From Candidatus Roizmanbacteria bacterium (GTDB lineage: Bacteria; Patescibacteriota; Microgenomatia; UBA1406), in NCBI GenBank assembly GCA_024654535.1, contig JANLHL010000016.1, forward strand, positions 224,626 to 288,625: DNA of 64,000 nucleotides, written 5' to 3'. Positions 43,609-54,207 of the stretch are shown piece by piece. A program made the translations under genes and the position numbers. The first letter of the stretch is position 1. Each line of letters opens with the position of its first letter. The notes under the pieces are model-generated. The model saw nothing but the letters and a program-made list of their open reading frames with translations, did no database searches and was not told where the DNA came from.

Positions 43609-44760
43609 TTATCCTGTCGCTTTTTTTAGTTTTATTTGTATTTTCTGGACTTTCTTATCACGAAATACAGACAAAGTCAGTGTATCTCCAACTTTATGTG
43701 AAGCTACCATTTTAGCTATATCGTCTTCTTTAGTCACTGCTATTCCATCGATTTCTGTAATAATATCTCCAACAATGATATGCGCATCATCTGCACCACT
43801 TCCCTTCACTATGTCACGAACTAATGCACCTGCTGGAACTTTATTGAGCAAAGCGGTATCTCGATCAATGATACTGTATTGAACACCCAAATAAGGTCGC
43901 GAGATAGTACCACCCGACGCTATATAATTGCTTAATAATTCACGAATTACATTTGAGGGAATTGCAAAGCCAATATTCTGCCCTTGTTGAGATACGGCCG
44001 TATTTATGCCAATAACCAAGCCACTCGAATTTAAAAGTGGCCCACCAGAATTACCTGGACTTATAGCTGCGTCTGTCTGTATAACATTATCTAAACGCTC
44101 TACATAACCTTCATATGCAGATCCTGCTGTAATACCTCTCCCTAATCCCGATACGATACCTGAAGTCACTGTATTTTTGAATTCACCTAACGGCGTTCCA
44201 ATAGCGATAGCCAATTGACCAAGTTTCAATGCCCCTGAATCAGCGAGCTGCAATGGGTCGAGCGGCTCTTTTGGTGTGATTTTTATAATCGCAAGATCAT
44301 TGAGCGGATCTCGTAATATTTTATCGACAACATACGTTTTGTTTGCGTTTGTAATAATAGTATATGTAGCCTCTGTATCTGCCACTACGTGTTTATTCGT
44401 TATAATCACTCCATTTTTATCGATGACAAATCCACTACCAATATTGCCCTCGACTTTTTGCTGTTGTGGTTGCACATTTGGCTGAGCAAACGGATTAAAC
44501 GGATCAATACTGTATATATTCTGTGTCACTGTTTTTTTTATAGCAACGGTGACTACTGATGGTAATGCATGATCGACTGCTTTGACTATTGCAGATTCTT
44601 CAGATGTTACTATGACTTTTCCCTCCGGAACATTCTGCTGTTCATTGCTTATCTGTGGAATATGAAAATTGGTGAGTATAGAAGCAGGAATGAAACCCTT
44701 ATTCAATGCGTAGACCACGAGCAAAAAAATGAATGACAATAATACTACTAATCGTTTCAT
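43609..44760 (-). CDS. htrA: HtrA/DegP-family serine protease with PDZ domain
   Basis: TNKHVV (His), DLAIIK (Asp), GNSGGPLL (Ser), and a C-terminal PDZ domain. Confidence 0.9.
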   Translation of the reverse strand: MKRLVVLLSFIFLLVVYALNKGFIPASILTNFHIPQISNEQQNVPEGKVIVTSEESAIVKAVDHALPSVVTVAIKKTVTQNIYSIDPFNPFAQPNVQPQQQKVEGNIGSGFVIDKNGVIITNKHVVADTEATYTIITNANKTYVVDKILRDPLNDLAIIKITPKEPLDPLQLADSGALKLGQLAIAIGTPLGEFKNTVTSGIVSGLGRGITAGSAYEGYVERLDNVIQTDAAISPGNSGGPLLNSSGLVIGINTAVSQQGQNIGFAIPSNVIRELLSNYIASGGTISRPYLGVQYSIIDRDTALLNKVPAGALVRDIVKGSGADDAHIIVGDIITEIDGIAVTKEDDIAKMVASHKVGDTLTLSVFRDKKVQKIQIKLKKATG

Positions 44761-44776
44761 GATCTATTTTTCATAC

Positions 44777-46036
44777 TTATGAACCTATGACCGTCTCAAT
44801 TGCTTTTTGTAGCTGATTGTCTGTAACGTCTGTTAACGTATCTGTTCCAGTAGTGCTATTATCCACCTTAATGTCTGGCACAATACCAGTTCCATTGATC
44901 CAAGCACCTTTTGGCAAAACCCATTTTGCTACTGTCACATGCAAGCCTGTACCTTGGTTTAAGTCCATAGCTTCTTGCACTGAACCTTTCCCAAACGTTT
45001 TTTCTCCAACCAGTTGTGCTTTTCCATAGTCTTTTAATGCGCCCGCTAGTATCTCTGCTGCCGACGCAGAACCCTGATCGACAAGTACAGCAACCGGGAT
45101 ATCATATAAAAAACCAGATCGTGTCACCTTGTATTCTTTAGAACGACTTTTAGAATATACCTGTTTAACAACCACCGAGTTCGGTTTTAAAAAATCTGAA
45201 GCTAAATAGACAGCACTTTCCAAGTATCCTCCTGGGTTCCCACGTACATCAAGTACTAGCCCACGGATACTTTGTGCACTCCACTTCTGTGCCACTTCTG
45301 AAACGACTTTATCCCATTTTTCATTCGTTTGGTCACCAAACTGTACTATACGAATATAGGCTACTTGTGGACAGTTTTCACTGAGACAATCCTTCGATGT
45401 TTTATACGAAAGCTCTACTGGGTCAATAACTATGCTTTCTCTTTTAATTTTTAGGTCAATCGTTCCACTTTCTCTGCCAAGAGTTAACAACACTTCAGTC
45501 CCCCGTTTACCCCGAATTTCATTCACTGCCTTACCAATTGTCCACCCTTTTGTACTCTTATTATTTACTGCTAATATAGCATCTCCAGAGAGCACGCCAC
45601 TCGCTTCTGCAGGTGAACCTTTGAGCGGAGATACTATAATAATAGCATCGTCTTTCTTCCCTAATTGTGCACCGATACCTTCATACAGCCCCCCCAAATC
45701 ATCTTTCGATTCTTTATTTTCTGTTGGTGTCATAAAGTAAGTATATGGATCATTTAATGACGCTACCATACCCTTAATAGCTCCGAAAACCATTTTTTCT
45801 TTGTTCAGCTTTGTCTCATTTACATACTTTTCCTCAAGAATATTCCAAACATTCCAGAATAGTGACATATCTGTGGTAACTCCAGTCTTGGAAATCCCCG
45901 TTGAGGCACTTACATTCTGCTGCGACCTGTATTGTCCAAGTCTGTAGCCAGACCCAAACAAGAATAAGATCGCTGAGAAAATCAGCAGTGCATTTGCAAT
46001 TTTATTTATGGTTGTGAGCTTATTTTTTTGATTCAT
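44777..46036 (-). CDS. S41 carboxy-terminal processing peptidase with PDZ domain
   Basis: DQGSASAAEILAGAL (Ser) and TFGKGSVQ (Lys). Start chosen at MNQKNK, before the TM anchor. Confidence 0.85.
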   Translation of the reverse strand: MNQKNKLTTINKIANALLIFSAILFLFGSGYRLGQYRSQQNVSASTGISKTGVTTDMSLFWNVWNILEEKYVNETKLNKEKMVFGAIKGMVASLNDPYTYFMTPTENKESKDDLGGLYEGIGAQLGKKDDAIIIVSPLKGSPAEASGVLSGDAILAVNNKSTKGWTIGKAVNEIRGKRGTEVLLTLGRESGTIDLKIKRESIVIDPVELSYKTSKDCLSENCPQVAYIRIVQFGDQTNEKWDKVVSEVAQKWSAQSIRGLVLDVRGNPGGYLESAVYLASDFLKPNSVVVKQVYSKSRSKEYKVTRSGFLYDIPVAVLVDQGSASAAEILAGALKDYGKAQLVGEKTFGKGSVQEAMDLNQGTGLHVTVAKWVLPKGAWINGTGIVPDIKVDNSTTGTDTLTDVTDNQLQKAIETVIGS

Positions 46037-46754
46037 CTTCTGTAGCATACCAGTATAACACCTTGTCATTGGCAAAATAAATACATTTTGGAAAAGTATG
46101 TCTCATAGCTTCTTTTAAAGCATCTGAATGCAGCTTTACCAATGGTACCGCCGATGAATAATAGACCACAGTACCCGTTACAAGCGCGACTGGATCCATA
46201 GAAACTATTTTTGCTATTTCTATCGAAGAATCAGTTTCTGTCACAACTATTCTATCTTTGCACATCTCCAACCCAACAGATGGATCATCGTGTACATATG
46301 AAACAGGTCCAGCAAACGTTCTATTGACAGCAAAGTCCACTCCACTTACGAGCCCATCTTTTACCTTGAGTAATATTTCTCCATGCTCTTTGCCTTCAAA
46401 TACTCCTTCGAGCAAAAAGGCGTCTTTCTGCATAAGTGAACGCATCAGTGTCACCGTACCTTGCGTATGATCTATACTGCGTACTTCAGCTTTCAAGGGA
46501 GATTGTAGCCGTGTAGTGTGAAATAATCCTTTTTTCTGTGCGATTACTGTGCCTTCTTCTAACATATCGCCGAGCGTTACCGTTAGATACTTAAAAATAT
46601 CTTTTGCTGGTATAGATAGTTCTTGAGCGACGTCTACTGTCACAGAATCCTTTGATTGTGTAGCATAACTATCTTGGATTTTTATTTTGTCGCCTTTTTT
46701 ATACGAACTACTTTCGGGAATATGCGTCTGTGGAACTCGAATAGTAAAACTCAT
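46020..46754 (-). CDS. Hypothetical protein
   Basis: ORF in an operon between radA and ctp. It may contain a barrel-sandwich segment (GDMLEEGTVIAQKKG). No firm motif. Confidence 0.4.
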   Translation of the reverse strand: MSFTIRVPQTHIPESSSYKKGDKIKIQDSYATQSKDSVTVDVAQELSIPAKDIFKYLTVTLGDMLEEGTVIAQKKGLFHTTRLQSPLKAEVRSIDHTQGTVTLMRSLMQKDAFLLEGVFEGKEHGEILLKVKDGLVSGVDFAVNRTFAGPVSYVHDDPSVGLEMCKDRIVVTETDSSIEIAKIVSMDPVALVTGTVVYYSSAVPLVKLHSDALKEAMRHTFPKCIYFANDKVLYWYATEDESKK

Positions 46755-46799
46755 GCAAACAGTATACATAAAATGAGGCAAAAAGTGTGAATGTGTGTA

Positions 46800-47813
46800 T
46801 TAGTTTGGTATCAAAACATAAGACGTTGCCGTATAGATGTCTTTGTTTTTTGAAGCAAGTATGAAAAGCTGTTCACCTATCTGCAGTTTTGAAAAACCAT
46901 ACTTTTCGACCTTACCAGACTCTTTATTAAATGCTTGCTGATTCGTCGTATTCTCAACATCCACTAAAAGCTTACTCTGTTCAAGATCAAATACCGTCAA
47001 TCGAAATGCGAGAGTATCAATATCTGCAATTTTACCTGCAATGACAGAAGGTAAACTATCTATATATACCGTATAACTTTTCTCCTCATCAGGAAGTTTA
47101 CTTATGAAAACGGTTACCTCATCGCCGATGGTAACATCTTTCGCCTCTTTGTCTATTAGATCAACACCGTCTACCTCGTAAAATCTTGTAACTTCGGGTT
47201 CAAGCTTTATTGATACTGTCTTACTATCTGTATTTATCTGAATTGCACTATCCGAAATATTCTTTACCGTGCCATGTATCGCCTTCTTTGCCTCATATCT
47301 CAATTGGAGAACTTTCTTTTCGAGCTTATCCTTTAAGACTTCTGCTTCAGACGTAGCTTTCGGGGTTTCATCGGTCGGTGTCAATTGATCTTTTTGAACC
47401 GGTAAATAGAAGAAATCGAACATACTATTTTGAGTATTATTTTTTCCAACGGCAGAAAACAATAGATGATTAAAGCCAGGTTTCAATGTGATTTTCTGAG
47501 TAAATGTCTTGTCATGACGCGAGCTTGCAATGGTAAGTGCGGTTTGAAATACAAATATTGAGCCATTGGGGTCTTCGATTTTCACCGAAACAGTATCATC
47601 GTTGACGACTGACATAGCCGCAGGAATACCACTATATTTTGCATTTTGAACAACCTTTGGGCTTGGTAACACACTAATCTCTGCAATCTGTTTATCTCCA
47701 CTGACAGATGTCCTAGACGTATGAGATTGGGTATTAATATATAGGGCTCCACCTACACCGAGCGCAATACCTATAAAAATAGCAATGAGAACTTCCTTAT
47801 TCATCCGAATCAT
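46800..47813 (-). CDS. Membrane-anchored extracytoplasmic hypothetical protein
   Basis: N-terminal TM helix (VLIAIFIGIALGVGGALYI) and a beta-rich remainder. The start is set 4 nt downstream of the radA stop. Confidence 0.4.
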   Translation of the reverse strand: MIRMNKEVLIAIFIGIALGVGGALYINTQSHTSRTSVSGDKQIAEISVLPSPKVVQNAKYSGIPAAMSVVNDDTVSVKIEDPNGSIFVFQTALTIASSRHDKTFTQKITLKPGFNHLLFSAVGKNNTQNSMFDFFYLPVQKDQLTPTDETPKATSEAEVLKDKLEKKVLQLRYEAKKAIHGTVKNISDSAIQINTDSKTVSIKLEPEVTRFYEVDGVDLIDKEAKDVTIGDEVTVFISKLPDEEKSYTVYIDSLPSVIAGKIADIDTLAFRLTVFDLEQSKLLVDVENTTNQQAFNKESGKVEKYGFSKLQIGEQLFILASKNKDIYTATSYVLIPN

Positions 47814-47817
47814 TATA

Positions 47818-49137
47818 TCATTTTTCGTGCCGCTTCTGCAATGCAAGTACCGTAGGCGTATTCCGATCTGTATAGAATTGGGTAAAACCGAGACGTTGGG
47901 CTTCTTTTGTAATGCGAGTAATATTGCGTGAGCTTCGAACCTGCCCGAGTAAACCAACCTCTCCTACAAAAAGAGCATGTGACGAAAAAACCGTGTTGGT
48001 CATAGTAGAGTATATCGCTGCCATAATACCTAGATCTGCTATAGGATCAAATAGCTGTAAACCACCTGACACGCTGACATAAACATCATACTTATCAACG
48101 GGTAGTTTGAGATACTTCTTCAATATCGCTAATAATAGCTCTAGACGCTTCGCATCTATACCTTTTGCTACTCTTTTTGGAAATGCCATCGAAGTTGCAA
48201 CAACAAGTGCTTCTACAGAGGCAAAAACTATACGCTCTCCTTCTCGTATACCAACAGCCGTTTTGCCAACAACCGACGTATTCATATCGAGAAAAAACTT
48301 ACTAGGATTTCCAACCTCTTTCATACCCGAATTTACCATTTCTAAAAAGCCCACTTCTTCAACACTACCGTACCTATTTTTGAGACTTCTCAAAATTCTT
48401 AAACCTCCACCTTTTTCACCTTCGAGAAAAAGGACGCAGTCCACCATATGCTCTAAAAACTTTGGGCCAGCAATCTCTCCATCCTTCGTAATATGACCAA
48501 TAACAATAGATACGACACCGTACTTTTTCGAAAATTCTACAATACTCATGAGAATCTCTTTTGCCTGAGCTACTGAGCCAGGAAGCGATTCTGACGACTG
48601 CGAATAGAGTGTCTGCAAAGAATCGAATACGACAAGTGCCGGCTTATTTTTTTGACTAGAAAGTGCCTGCAGTAGACTATGAATGTTGGATTCATCTGAA
48701 AAAAGAATTGTATCCGTTTTCAGTCCCATGCGTTTTGCTCGCAGTGCTATTTGACTCTCTTCTTCTTCTGCGGAACAGTACGCAACTGTCTGTTTGCTGT
48801 TCTTTGCGAGAGCTCCGACGATGGACAGAAGAAGTGTCGATTTTCCAACGCCAGGCTCACCAGAAAGCATGACAACTTCTGAACGCGAAAATCCACCTCC
48901 GAGAACCCTATCGACTTCAGTTATGCCAGACGGTATACGCTCCGTATGGGAAACTTGTGCTGCAGCGAGTGGTGCAAAATGAGCTGGTACAGCATTACTC
49001 CTGCTTTCTTTTGGATCGTCTTGAGTAGTAAAACGTTTCAGAGCTTCCCATTCACCACATTCCGGACATTTACCGTACCAGCTTGCAAATGATGCTCCGC
49101 AATTGGAACACACATATGATGTTTGATTCTTTGCCAC
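47818..49137 (-). CDS. radA: DNA repair protein RadA/Sms
   Basis: CSNCGASFASWYGKCPECGEW zinc finger, Walker A GEPGVGKSTLLL, KNRYG motif, and a Lon-like C-domain. GTG 49137 lies 6 nt after TACTAT. Confidence 0.9.
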   Translation of the reverse strand: MAKNQTSYVCSNCGASFASWYGKCPECGEWEALKRFTTQDDPKESRSNAVPAHFAPLAAAQVSHTERIPSGITEVDRVLGGGFSRSEVVMLSGEPGVGKSTLLLSIVGALAKNSKQTVAYCSAEEEESQIALRAKRMGLKTDTILFSDESNIHSLLQALSSQKNKPALVVFDSLQTLYSQSSESLPGSVAQAKEILMSIVEFSKKYGVVSIVIGHITKDGEIAGPKFLEHMVDCVLFLEGEKGGGLRILRSLKNRYGSVEEVGFLEMVNSGMKEVGNPSKFFLDMNTSVVGKTAVGIREGERIVFASVEALVVATSMAFPKRVAKGIDAKRLELLLAILKKYLKLPVDKYDVYVSVSGGLQLFDPIADLGIMAAIYSTMTNTVFSSHALFVGEVGLLGQVRSSRNITRITKEAQRLGFTQFYTDRNTPTVLALQKRHEK

Positions 49138-49207
49138 GAGGCTATAGTAGCACAATATGAGAGTTAATCCAATAGTGCAGTTCAAGCCTCATGTGATATA
49201 CTATCGA

Positions 49208-49615
49208 ATGGCAGAAAATAAATCTATTTATATATTCGGTGGTCAAGCAGTAGGGATAACGACGTTTGTTGGTTACGAAGTAGACTTTCTTAACGATACT
49301 CTTCATGATTCAGGTATTGTAGCTATTGGTCTTACGGGAACGGTTGATGAGTTATTGGCACATCTAAATAAACCTGAGGTGGTTGACACTTCTCCACTTG
49401 CCGCCGTAGTACATAGAGTTGACACTGGAGGCTTTCGTACATCTGATACAAAAAATGTTGTGGATAGATTTAGACAAGTATTTCCAGGAACACCGGTCAT
49501 AGGTATGTCTTCAGCACCTTTGCCTAAGAGCGATACGTGGGGAGATGTTCACTTCATAAATCCAGATATAGAAACCACTCTAGTAGGACACATTCGGCAA
49601 CTTAATCAAGAATAG
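49208..49615 (+). CDS. Hypothetical protein
   Basis: ORF only. TATACT lies 5 nt before ATG 49208. Confidence 0.4.
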   Translation: MAENKSIYIFGGQAVGITTFVGYEVDFLNDTLHDSGIVAIGLTGTVDELLAHLNKPEVVDTSPLAAVVHRVDTGGFRTSDTKNVVDRFRQVFPGTPVIGMSSAPLPKSDTWGDVHFINPDIETTLVGHIRQLNQE

Positions 49616-49618
49616 CCG

Positions 49619-50449
49619 TTAATTTTTGATAAAAAATCGTAACAGATCACTCGTGGTTATTATATTGAGCGGTTCAAGTTTATTTTTCATAACAATCACA
49701 CTCCCTATTTGTTTATCCAAGAGTGCATCCAGAACATCCCCAATGGTAGCGTTTTCCTCTACGGTTACCACATTGCGTATCATATATTCTTGAACACGAT
49801 GACTATTGTAGCTATACCCGTCACCTTTGCGATCAAATACATTCTCTTTTACCCGAGGTTCCCTATATATGGGCAATATGTCAAATATGCTTAGCATACC
49901 TTGTATATTATTATGTTCATTTACAACGACTAATTTTGATAGTTTTGTCCGTATGAAAAATCGGATCGCTTCATCGAGCTTACTATTGATGTTTATCGTC
50001 ATAAGATAGTCTTTGTCGACCAGCATCTCACGGACAGGGATATTAACGAGTTCTGTTTTTTTTAACAGCATAAGTGCGCGCCGAGCAGTCACAATACCCA
50101 AACACATTCCTGCCTCATCTATAACGGGCAAATCGTGTATTTTAGTCTCAAGAAAATAATGCGCAATCTTATCAATAGGCGTATCAAGTTGTATTTTTGG
50201 GGAATGAAAGAGACAACGTTTTATTTTCGTTGCTGGAGGGTAGTGACGTTTTATGGCCGTATAGTACGGACTAACAATACCTAATAATTTGTGCTCTGAA
50301 TCAACGACGACAACCGAATCGTGACTTGAAGAAAATTTGCTTTCTGCTGAGGCAAGGGTGTCATCTTCTGATACATACCATACTCTCTTTATTTTCAGGA
50401 TATCTTTTGCCGTTGGAAGGCTTTTTATCTTATTCTTCATATACCACAT
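49619..50449 (-). CDS. Protein with two CBS-domain pairs
   Basis: Four CBS-like repeats (e.g. HKLLGIVSPYY, MCLGIVTARRAL, NIQGMLSIFDI, EPLNIITTSDLL). Confidence 0.65.
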   Translation of the reverse strand: MWYMKNKIKSLPTAKDILKIKRVWYVSEDDTLASAESKFSSSHDSVVVVDSEHKLLGIVSPYYTAIKRHYPPATKIKRCLFHSPKIQLDTPIDKIAHYFLETKIHDLPVIDEAGMCLGIVTARRALMLLKKTELVNIPVREMLVDKDYLMTININSKLDEAIRFFIRTKLSKLVVVNEHNNIQGMLSIFDILPIYREPRVKENVFDRKGDGYSYNSHRVQEYMIRNVVTVEENATIGDVLDALLDKQIGSVIVMKNKLEPLNIITTSDLLRFFIKN

Positions 50450-50672
50450 ACGGTAGAAGCGCTAGTTCACGAGCTCGGCGTATCTCACGAGAGAGCTTGC
50501 GCTGGTGCGTTGCGCAAATACCTGTTTTATCTGATGACAAAATAGTACCACGAAAAGACATAAACTGCCTCATAGCTTCGTAGTTCTTATAGTCTGGCTC
50601 TGTCTTCTTTTTGCAAAAAGAACACTTAGCCGTCGATTTAAAATGGAATTTCTTCGTCGTCGATGTCCTCAT
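50430..50672 (-). CDS. rpsR: Ribosomal protein S18
   Basis: CSFCKKKTEPDYKNYEAMRQFMSFRGTILSSDKTGICATHQRKLSREIRRARELALLPY. Confidence 0.9.
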   Translation of the reverse strand: MRTSTTKKFHFKSTAKCSFCKKKTEPDYKNYEAMRQFMSFRGTILSSDKTGICATHQRKLSREIRRARELALLPYVVYEE

Positions 50673-51126
50673 TTGTTTTATTCTCCTCTACTTCTGCTGA
50701 CTCCTCAGCTTTTTTACCTTTTAATTCATTCTCCGATTTTCCGTCTTCAGTTTGACTCTCATTAGGTTCACCACTCTGTCCTGAAGTAGACTTGGGGGTG
50801 AGCACTATCATATTGTCCATCACTATTTCAGTAATATTCTTTTGTGTGCCGTCTTTCCCTTCGAACTGACGATAGACTATTCGACCTTCTACAAAAACTT
50901 TGCTTCCTTTGGACAAGAGTTGAGAACATAATTCGGCTAATTTACTCCAAGCAATTATTCTATGATATTGTACTTCTTCTTTCTTTTCACCGTTTGCAGT
51001 AACCCAATCTCTATTAGTGGCTAAACCAAACTGTGCGACTGCAGTGCCCTGCGGGGTATAGCGAAGCTCTGGATCTCGCGTTAAATTACCGATTAGTGTT
51101 ACTTTATTCAGTGATCGTGATGACAT
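50638..51126 (-). CDS. ssb: Single-stranded DNA-binding protein
   Basis: OB fold (LNKVTLIGNLTRDPELRYTPQGTAVAQFGLATN) and an acidic tip DDEEIPF. Confidence 0.95.
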   Translation of the reverse strand: MSSRSLNKVTLIGNLTRDPELRYTPQGTAVAQFGLATNRDWVTANGEKKEEVQYHRIIAWSKLAELCSQLLSKGSKVFVEGRIVYRQFEGKDGTQKNITEIVMDNMIVLTPKSTSGQSGEPNESQTEDGKSENELKGKKAEESAEVEENKTNEDIDDEEIPF

Positions 51127-51128
51127 AG

Positions 51129-51434
51129 TTATTCGGTGGCGGCTTTCTTTTTTGCCGAAACTTCTAATAACATATACCTCATTAATTTTTGCTCAAAATT
51201 AAGAAGTCTTCGTATTTCTTTGATGTTACTTGTTGGAATTCCAACATTCCATATAAAATAATGGCCTTTTCGCTCGTTGTGTATTGGGTAAGCTAAACGC
51301 TTTTCCCCCCAATCTTTTTCTTCAAGAATAGGAGCTTTATTTTGCTTAAAAACAGCACGGACACGATCTATCGTCTCCTGCTTCTGTTCTGGTTCGGATG
51401 GCACTACAAAAACAAATTCATAATGGGATGTCAT
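51129..51434 (-). CDS. rpsF: Ribosomal protein S6
   Basis: YEFVFVV...WGEKRLAYPI pattern and the rpsF-ssb-rpsR gene order. Confidence 0.9.
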   Translation of the reverse strand: MTSHYEFVFVVPSEPEQKQETIDRVRAVFKQNKAPILEEKDWGEKRLAYPIHNERKGHYFIWNVGIPTSNIKEIRRLLNFEQKLMRYMLLEVSAKKKAATE

Positions 51435-51488
51435 ACTGCAAAACTATAACAAATCATCTGCGCATTTGCAACAGAGACTATAGAAATA

Positions 51489-51698
51489 GAATATCCAATA
51501 TTATCCCAAATTTAAATATCACCTAACTCTAAATTCCAATGGAAATAACGATCGTCATTGCGAGGGAGGAACGACCGAAGCGATCTAACTAAGAAAGAGA
51601 TTGCTTCACTACGTTCGCAATGACAGATAATTTACTTTTTGGTATTTGAACTTTGTCATTTATTGGATATTTGATATTGGATATTTGAGTTTCTCATA
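51489..51698. repeat. Composite palindromic intergenic element, copy R4
   Basis: gaatatccaatatta ... nested core hairpin 51554-51624 (GTCATTGCGA...TCGCAATGAC, inner GAAGCGATCT/AGATTGCTTC) ... tatttgaactttgtcatttattggatatttgatattggatatttgagttt. The element ends at the stop codon of the upstream minus-strand gene. Confidence 0.8.
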
Positions 51699-52667
51699 CT
51701 ATATATACGTTTCAGCCAGGAAAAAAAGAATATAAATACCTAGTAAAACAACTGCTTCCCACTTTTCAAAGCGACGTTTTGTAAATGAAAAGATAAAAAA
51801 AAGAGAAAAAGTGATAATGAGCGCAGCGATTGACAATGAATAATGACTAAAAATTGATATGCGAATTGGTCTTATGAGCGCTGTTAAACCAACGACAAGA
51901 TTTGCGTTCGCAACAAGAGAACCATAAATATCACCATAAAGTACGTCAATTTCTTTTCTACGAATAGCTACCATTGCGACAAATAACTCTGGCAAACTTG
52001 TGCCTGGAGCAACGATAAAAAGTGCAACAAGAAATGGTTGAATACCCAGTAACTGTGCGAGGAGGAGCGAGCTTTTGAGCAAAAAATGTGCTGCACATAT
52101 CATAAGTATTGTTGACCCAACCGCAATGATAGTAGCCTTCAAAATGTTTTTATCTTCAAAGCTCATTACAATACGAGAAAGGACATTTCTAAACCCATAG
52201 ACACCAGTTGGTCGCTTGTTGAAAATATAGACTGCGTACACAAAAAAAAGAAACAACAGAAAAAAACCGTCAAAACGAGAAATAATACCATCAGCGCCAA
52301 GTAAAAATGGGAATAGTGACGCACTCAATAAGATTAAAATAGTCTGGCGAGAAAAATGAGCCTTTCTAATATTTAATACCATGCCAGAAACCAATATTGC
52401 TATAGGCATAATGAGTGCAATATTTGCAATGTTGGATCCGATAGCATTACCAAAACCAAATTCTGAATTCTTCTCTACTGCAGATATTATCCCAACAAAT
52501 AGCTCAGGAATCGAAGTCGCCACGCCGGTAAATATACTGGCGAGAAAAAAAACTGAGAATATGGTTCTCCCAGAAAGATCATGTATAGCTTTCACCAAAT
52601 AATCAGAGGATTTGTAGAGTATAAACGACAAAGCAAGAATTGCAGCAATGAGAATACCAACAGTCAT
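51699..52667 (-). CDS. Ca2+/cation antiporter (CaCA, YrbG-like)
   Basis: Alpha-repeat signatures GVATSIPELFVG and APGTSLPELFVA, plus GNAIGSNIANIAL. Confidence 0.85.
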   Translation of the reverse strand: MTVGILIAAILALSFILYKSSDYLVKAIHDLSGRTIFSVFFLASIFTGVATSIPELFVGIISAVEKNSEFGFGNAIGSNIANIALIMPIAILVSGMVLNIRKAHFSRQTILILLSASLFPFLLGADGIISRFDGFFLLFLFFVYAVYIFNKRPTGVYGFRNVLSRIVMSFEDKNILKATIIAVGSTILMICAAHFLLKSSLLLAQLLGIQPFLVALFIVAPGTSLPELFVAMVAIRRKEIDVLYGDIYGSLVANANLVVGLTALIRPIRISIFSHYSLSIAALIITFSLFFIFSFTKRRFEKWEAVVLLGIYILFFLAETYI

Positions 52668-52717
52668 ACATAAAGACTATCGATTTTCAAAAAATATGCA
52701 ATAGTTCTTTAAAATAA

Positions 52718-54151
52718 TTACGGGGTAAGTAAGTCTAAAGGATTTTGTGCAACAACAAAGCTACCAAATTCTGTATCCTCGACTTTATATCCCTCACGCT
52801 CGATTTTTAAACGTGCAGCATCCGCCTCATCAAATTTAGATTCTTTTCGAAAATTACTTCGCGAGTCTGCCATATCGAAGATTTTTTGTGGAACTTTATA
52901 TTTTAGTATATCCCGAAGCCTCAAACCAAGGACTTCATCAAAACTAAGTATAGTTGCCAATTTATCTGATCCTGCTTCATCACTGTTTATTACTTCCCAT
53001 AAAATAGCAAGTGCTTTTGGTATATTCACGTCGTCTTCTATAGCTTGTATAAACTTTTTTTGTTGTACTTCTATGATAGTCCCCTGTTTGACGTTTGTTT
53101 GAGCAAGTAACATTACGGTAGATAATATACTGTTAAGTGCACTTGTAGACGCCTGCAAAGCCTCAAACGTGAAGTTTTGGCGAGAACGATAGTGTGCTTG
53201 CAAAAAAAAGTATCGTAGAGCCAATGGGTGATATCCTTTTTGTTGTAAATCATCAATGCTATACACATTACCTAGTGATTTCGACATTTTTTCTCCGTTG
53301 ACCAATAAATGCTCGTAATGCATCCAGTAACGTACAAACGTTTTCCCCGTTGCAGCTTCGCTCTGGGCTATTTCATTCGTATGGTGAACCGGTATATGCT
53401 CAACACCACCCATATGAATATCTAATGTTTCGCCCAAATTTTTCATACTCATTGCAGAACATTCTATGTGCCAGCCGGGAAATCCTTCACCATTTTCAAC
53501 AAGTCGAGATCGAAACGGTGATGGCCAATACTGCAGTACATGCGCATGTGTCCCCGCTTTAAAAAACCACAAAGCAAAGTCTGCTGGATTTTTTTTATTA
53601 CTATCCTCTACCGTTCCTTTTCCAGCTCCGACAACAAGCGCTTCTCTGTTTTGACGCGAAAGCGTATCATAGGCTGGAAATGTTTCCGTATCAAAATATA
53701 CAGCCAAATCAGTAGAATATGCATGTTTACTATCAAGTAGTTTTTGAGTCAGCTGTATAATCTCAGAAATATATTCTGTTGCTCTACACAAAATGGTCGG
53801 TTTTTGCGTGTGTAGTAGATGACAATCTTTTTCGAAAATTGCAATGTATTTTTCGGCTATTTGTTTTGGACTCATTCCTTCGCGCTTTGCTCCTTTTTCC
53901 ATTTTATCTTCACCGGTGTCACTGTCTGACGTTAGGTGACCAACGTCGGTATAGTTCCGAACAAAATTGACACCATAACCTACAAAATTAAGCGTGCGAA
54001 CAACCAAATCGGTCATAACGACCGCTCGCAAGTTTCCTATATGTTGGATCCAATAGACAGTAGGGCCACATTGATATAACGAAGCCTTTCCAATTCGTAG
54101 GGGGTTAAATTCATGCTTTTTCCGAGTGAGTGTGTCGTAGATTTGTAGCAT
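52718..54151 (-). CDS. cysS: Cysteinyl-tRNA synthetase
   Basis: HIGN and KMSKSLGN class I signatures. Start moved to ATG 54151 (MLQIYDTLTRKK), 6 nt after TATACT. Confidence 0.9.
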   Translation of the reverse strand: MLQIYDTLTRKKHEFNPLRIGKASLYQCGPTVYWIQHIGNLRAVVMTDLVVRTLNFVGYGVNFVRNYTDVGHLTSDSDTGEDKMEKGAKREGMSPKQIAEKYIAIFEKDCHLLHTQKPTILCRATEYISEIIQLTQKLLDSKHAYSTDLAVYFDTETFPAYDTLSRQNREALVVGAGKGTVEDSNKKNPADFALWFFKAGTHAHVLQYWPSPFRSRLVENGEGFPGWHIECSAMSMKNLGETLDIHMGGVEHIPVHHTNEIAQSEAATGKTFVRYWMHYEHLLVNGEKMSKSLGNVYSIDDLQQKGYHPLALRYFFLQAHYRSRQNFTFEALQASTSALNSILSTVMLLAQTNVKQGTIIEVQQKKFIQAIEDDVNIPKALAILWEVINSDEAGSDKLATILSFDEVLGLRLRDILKYKVPQKIFDMADSRSNFRKESKFDEADAARLKIEREGYKVEDTEFGSFVVAQNPLDLLTP

Positions 54152-54207
54152 AGTATCAGTATACCACAGCACAAGTTTGAATTTTTAACTCTTAATTTTA
54201 GACTCTT

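Noticed and set aside
7660-51698. The dispersed repeats as a CRISPR array or as transposon terminal repeats
   Set aside because: There is no regular repeat-spacer periodicity, no cas genes and no transposase. The copies are single palindromic units in separate intergenic regions.
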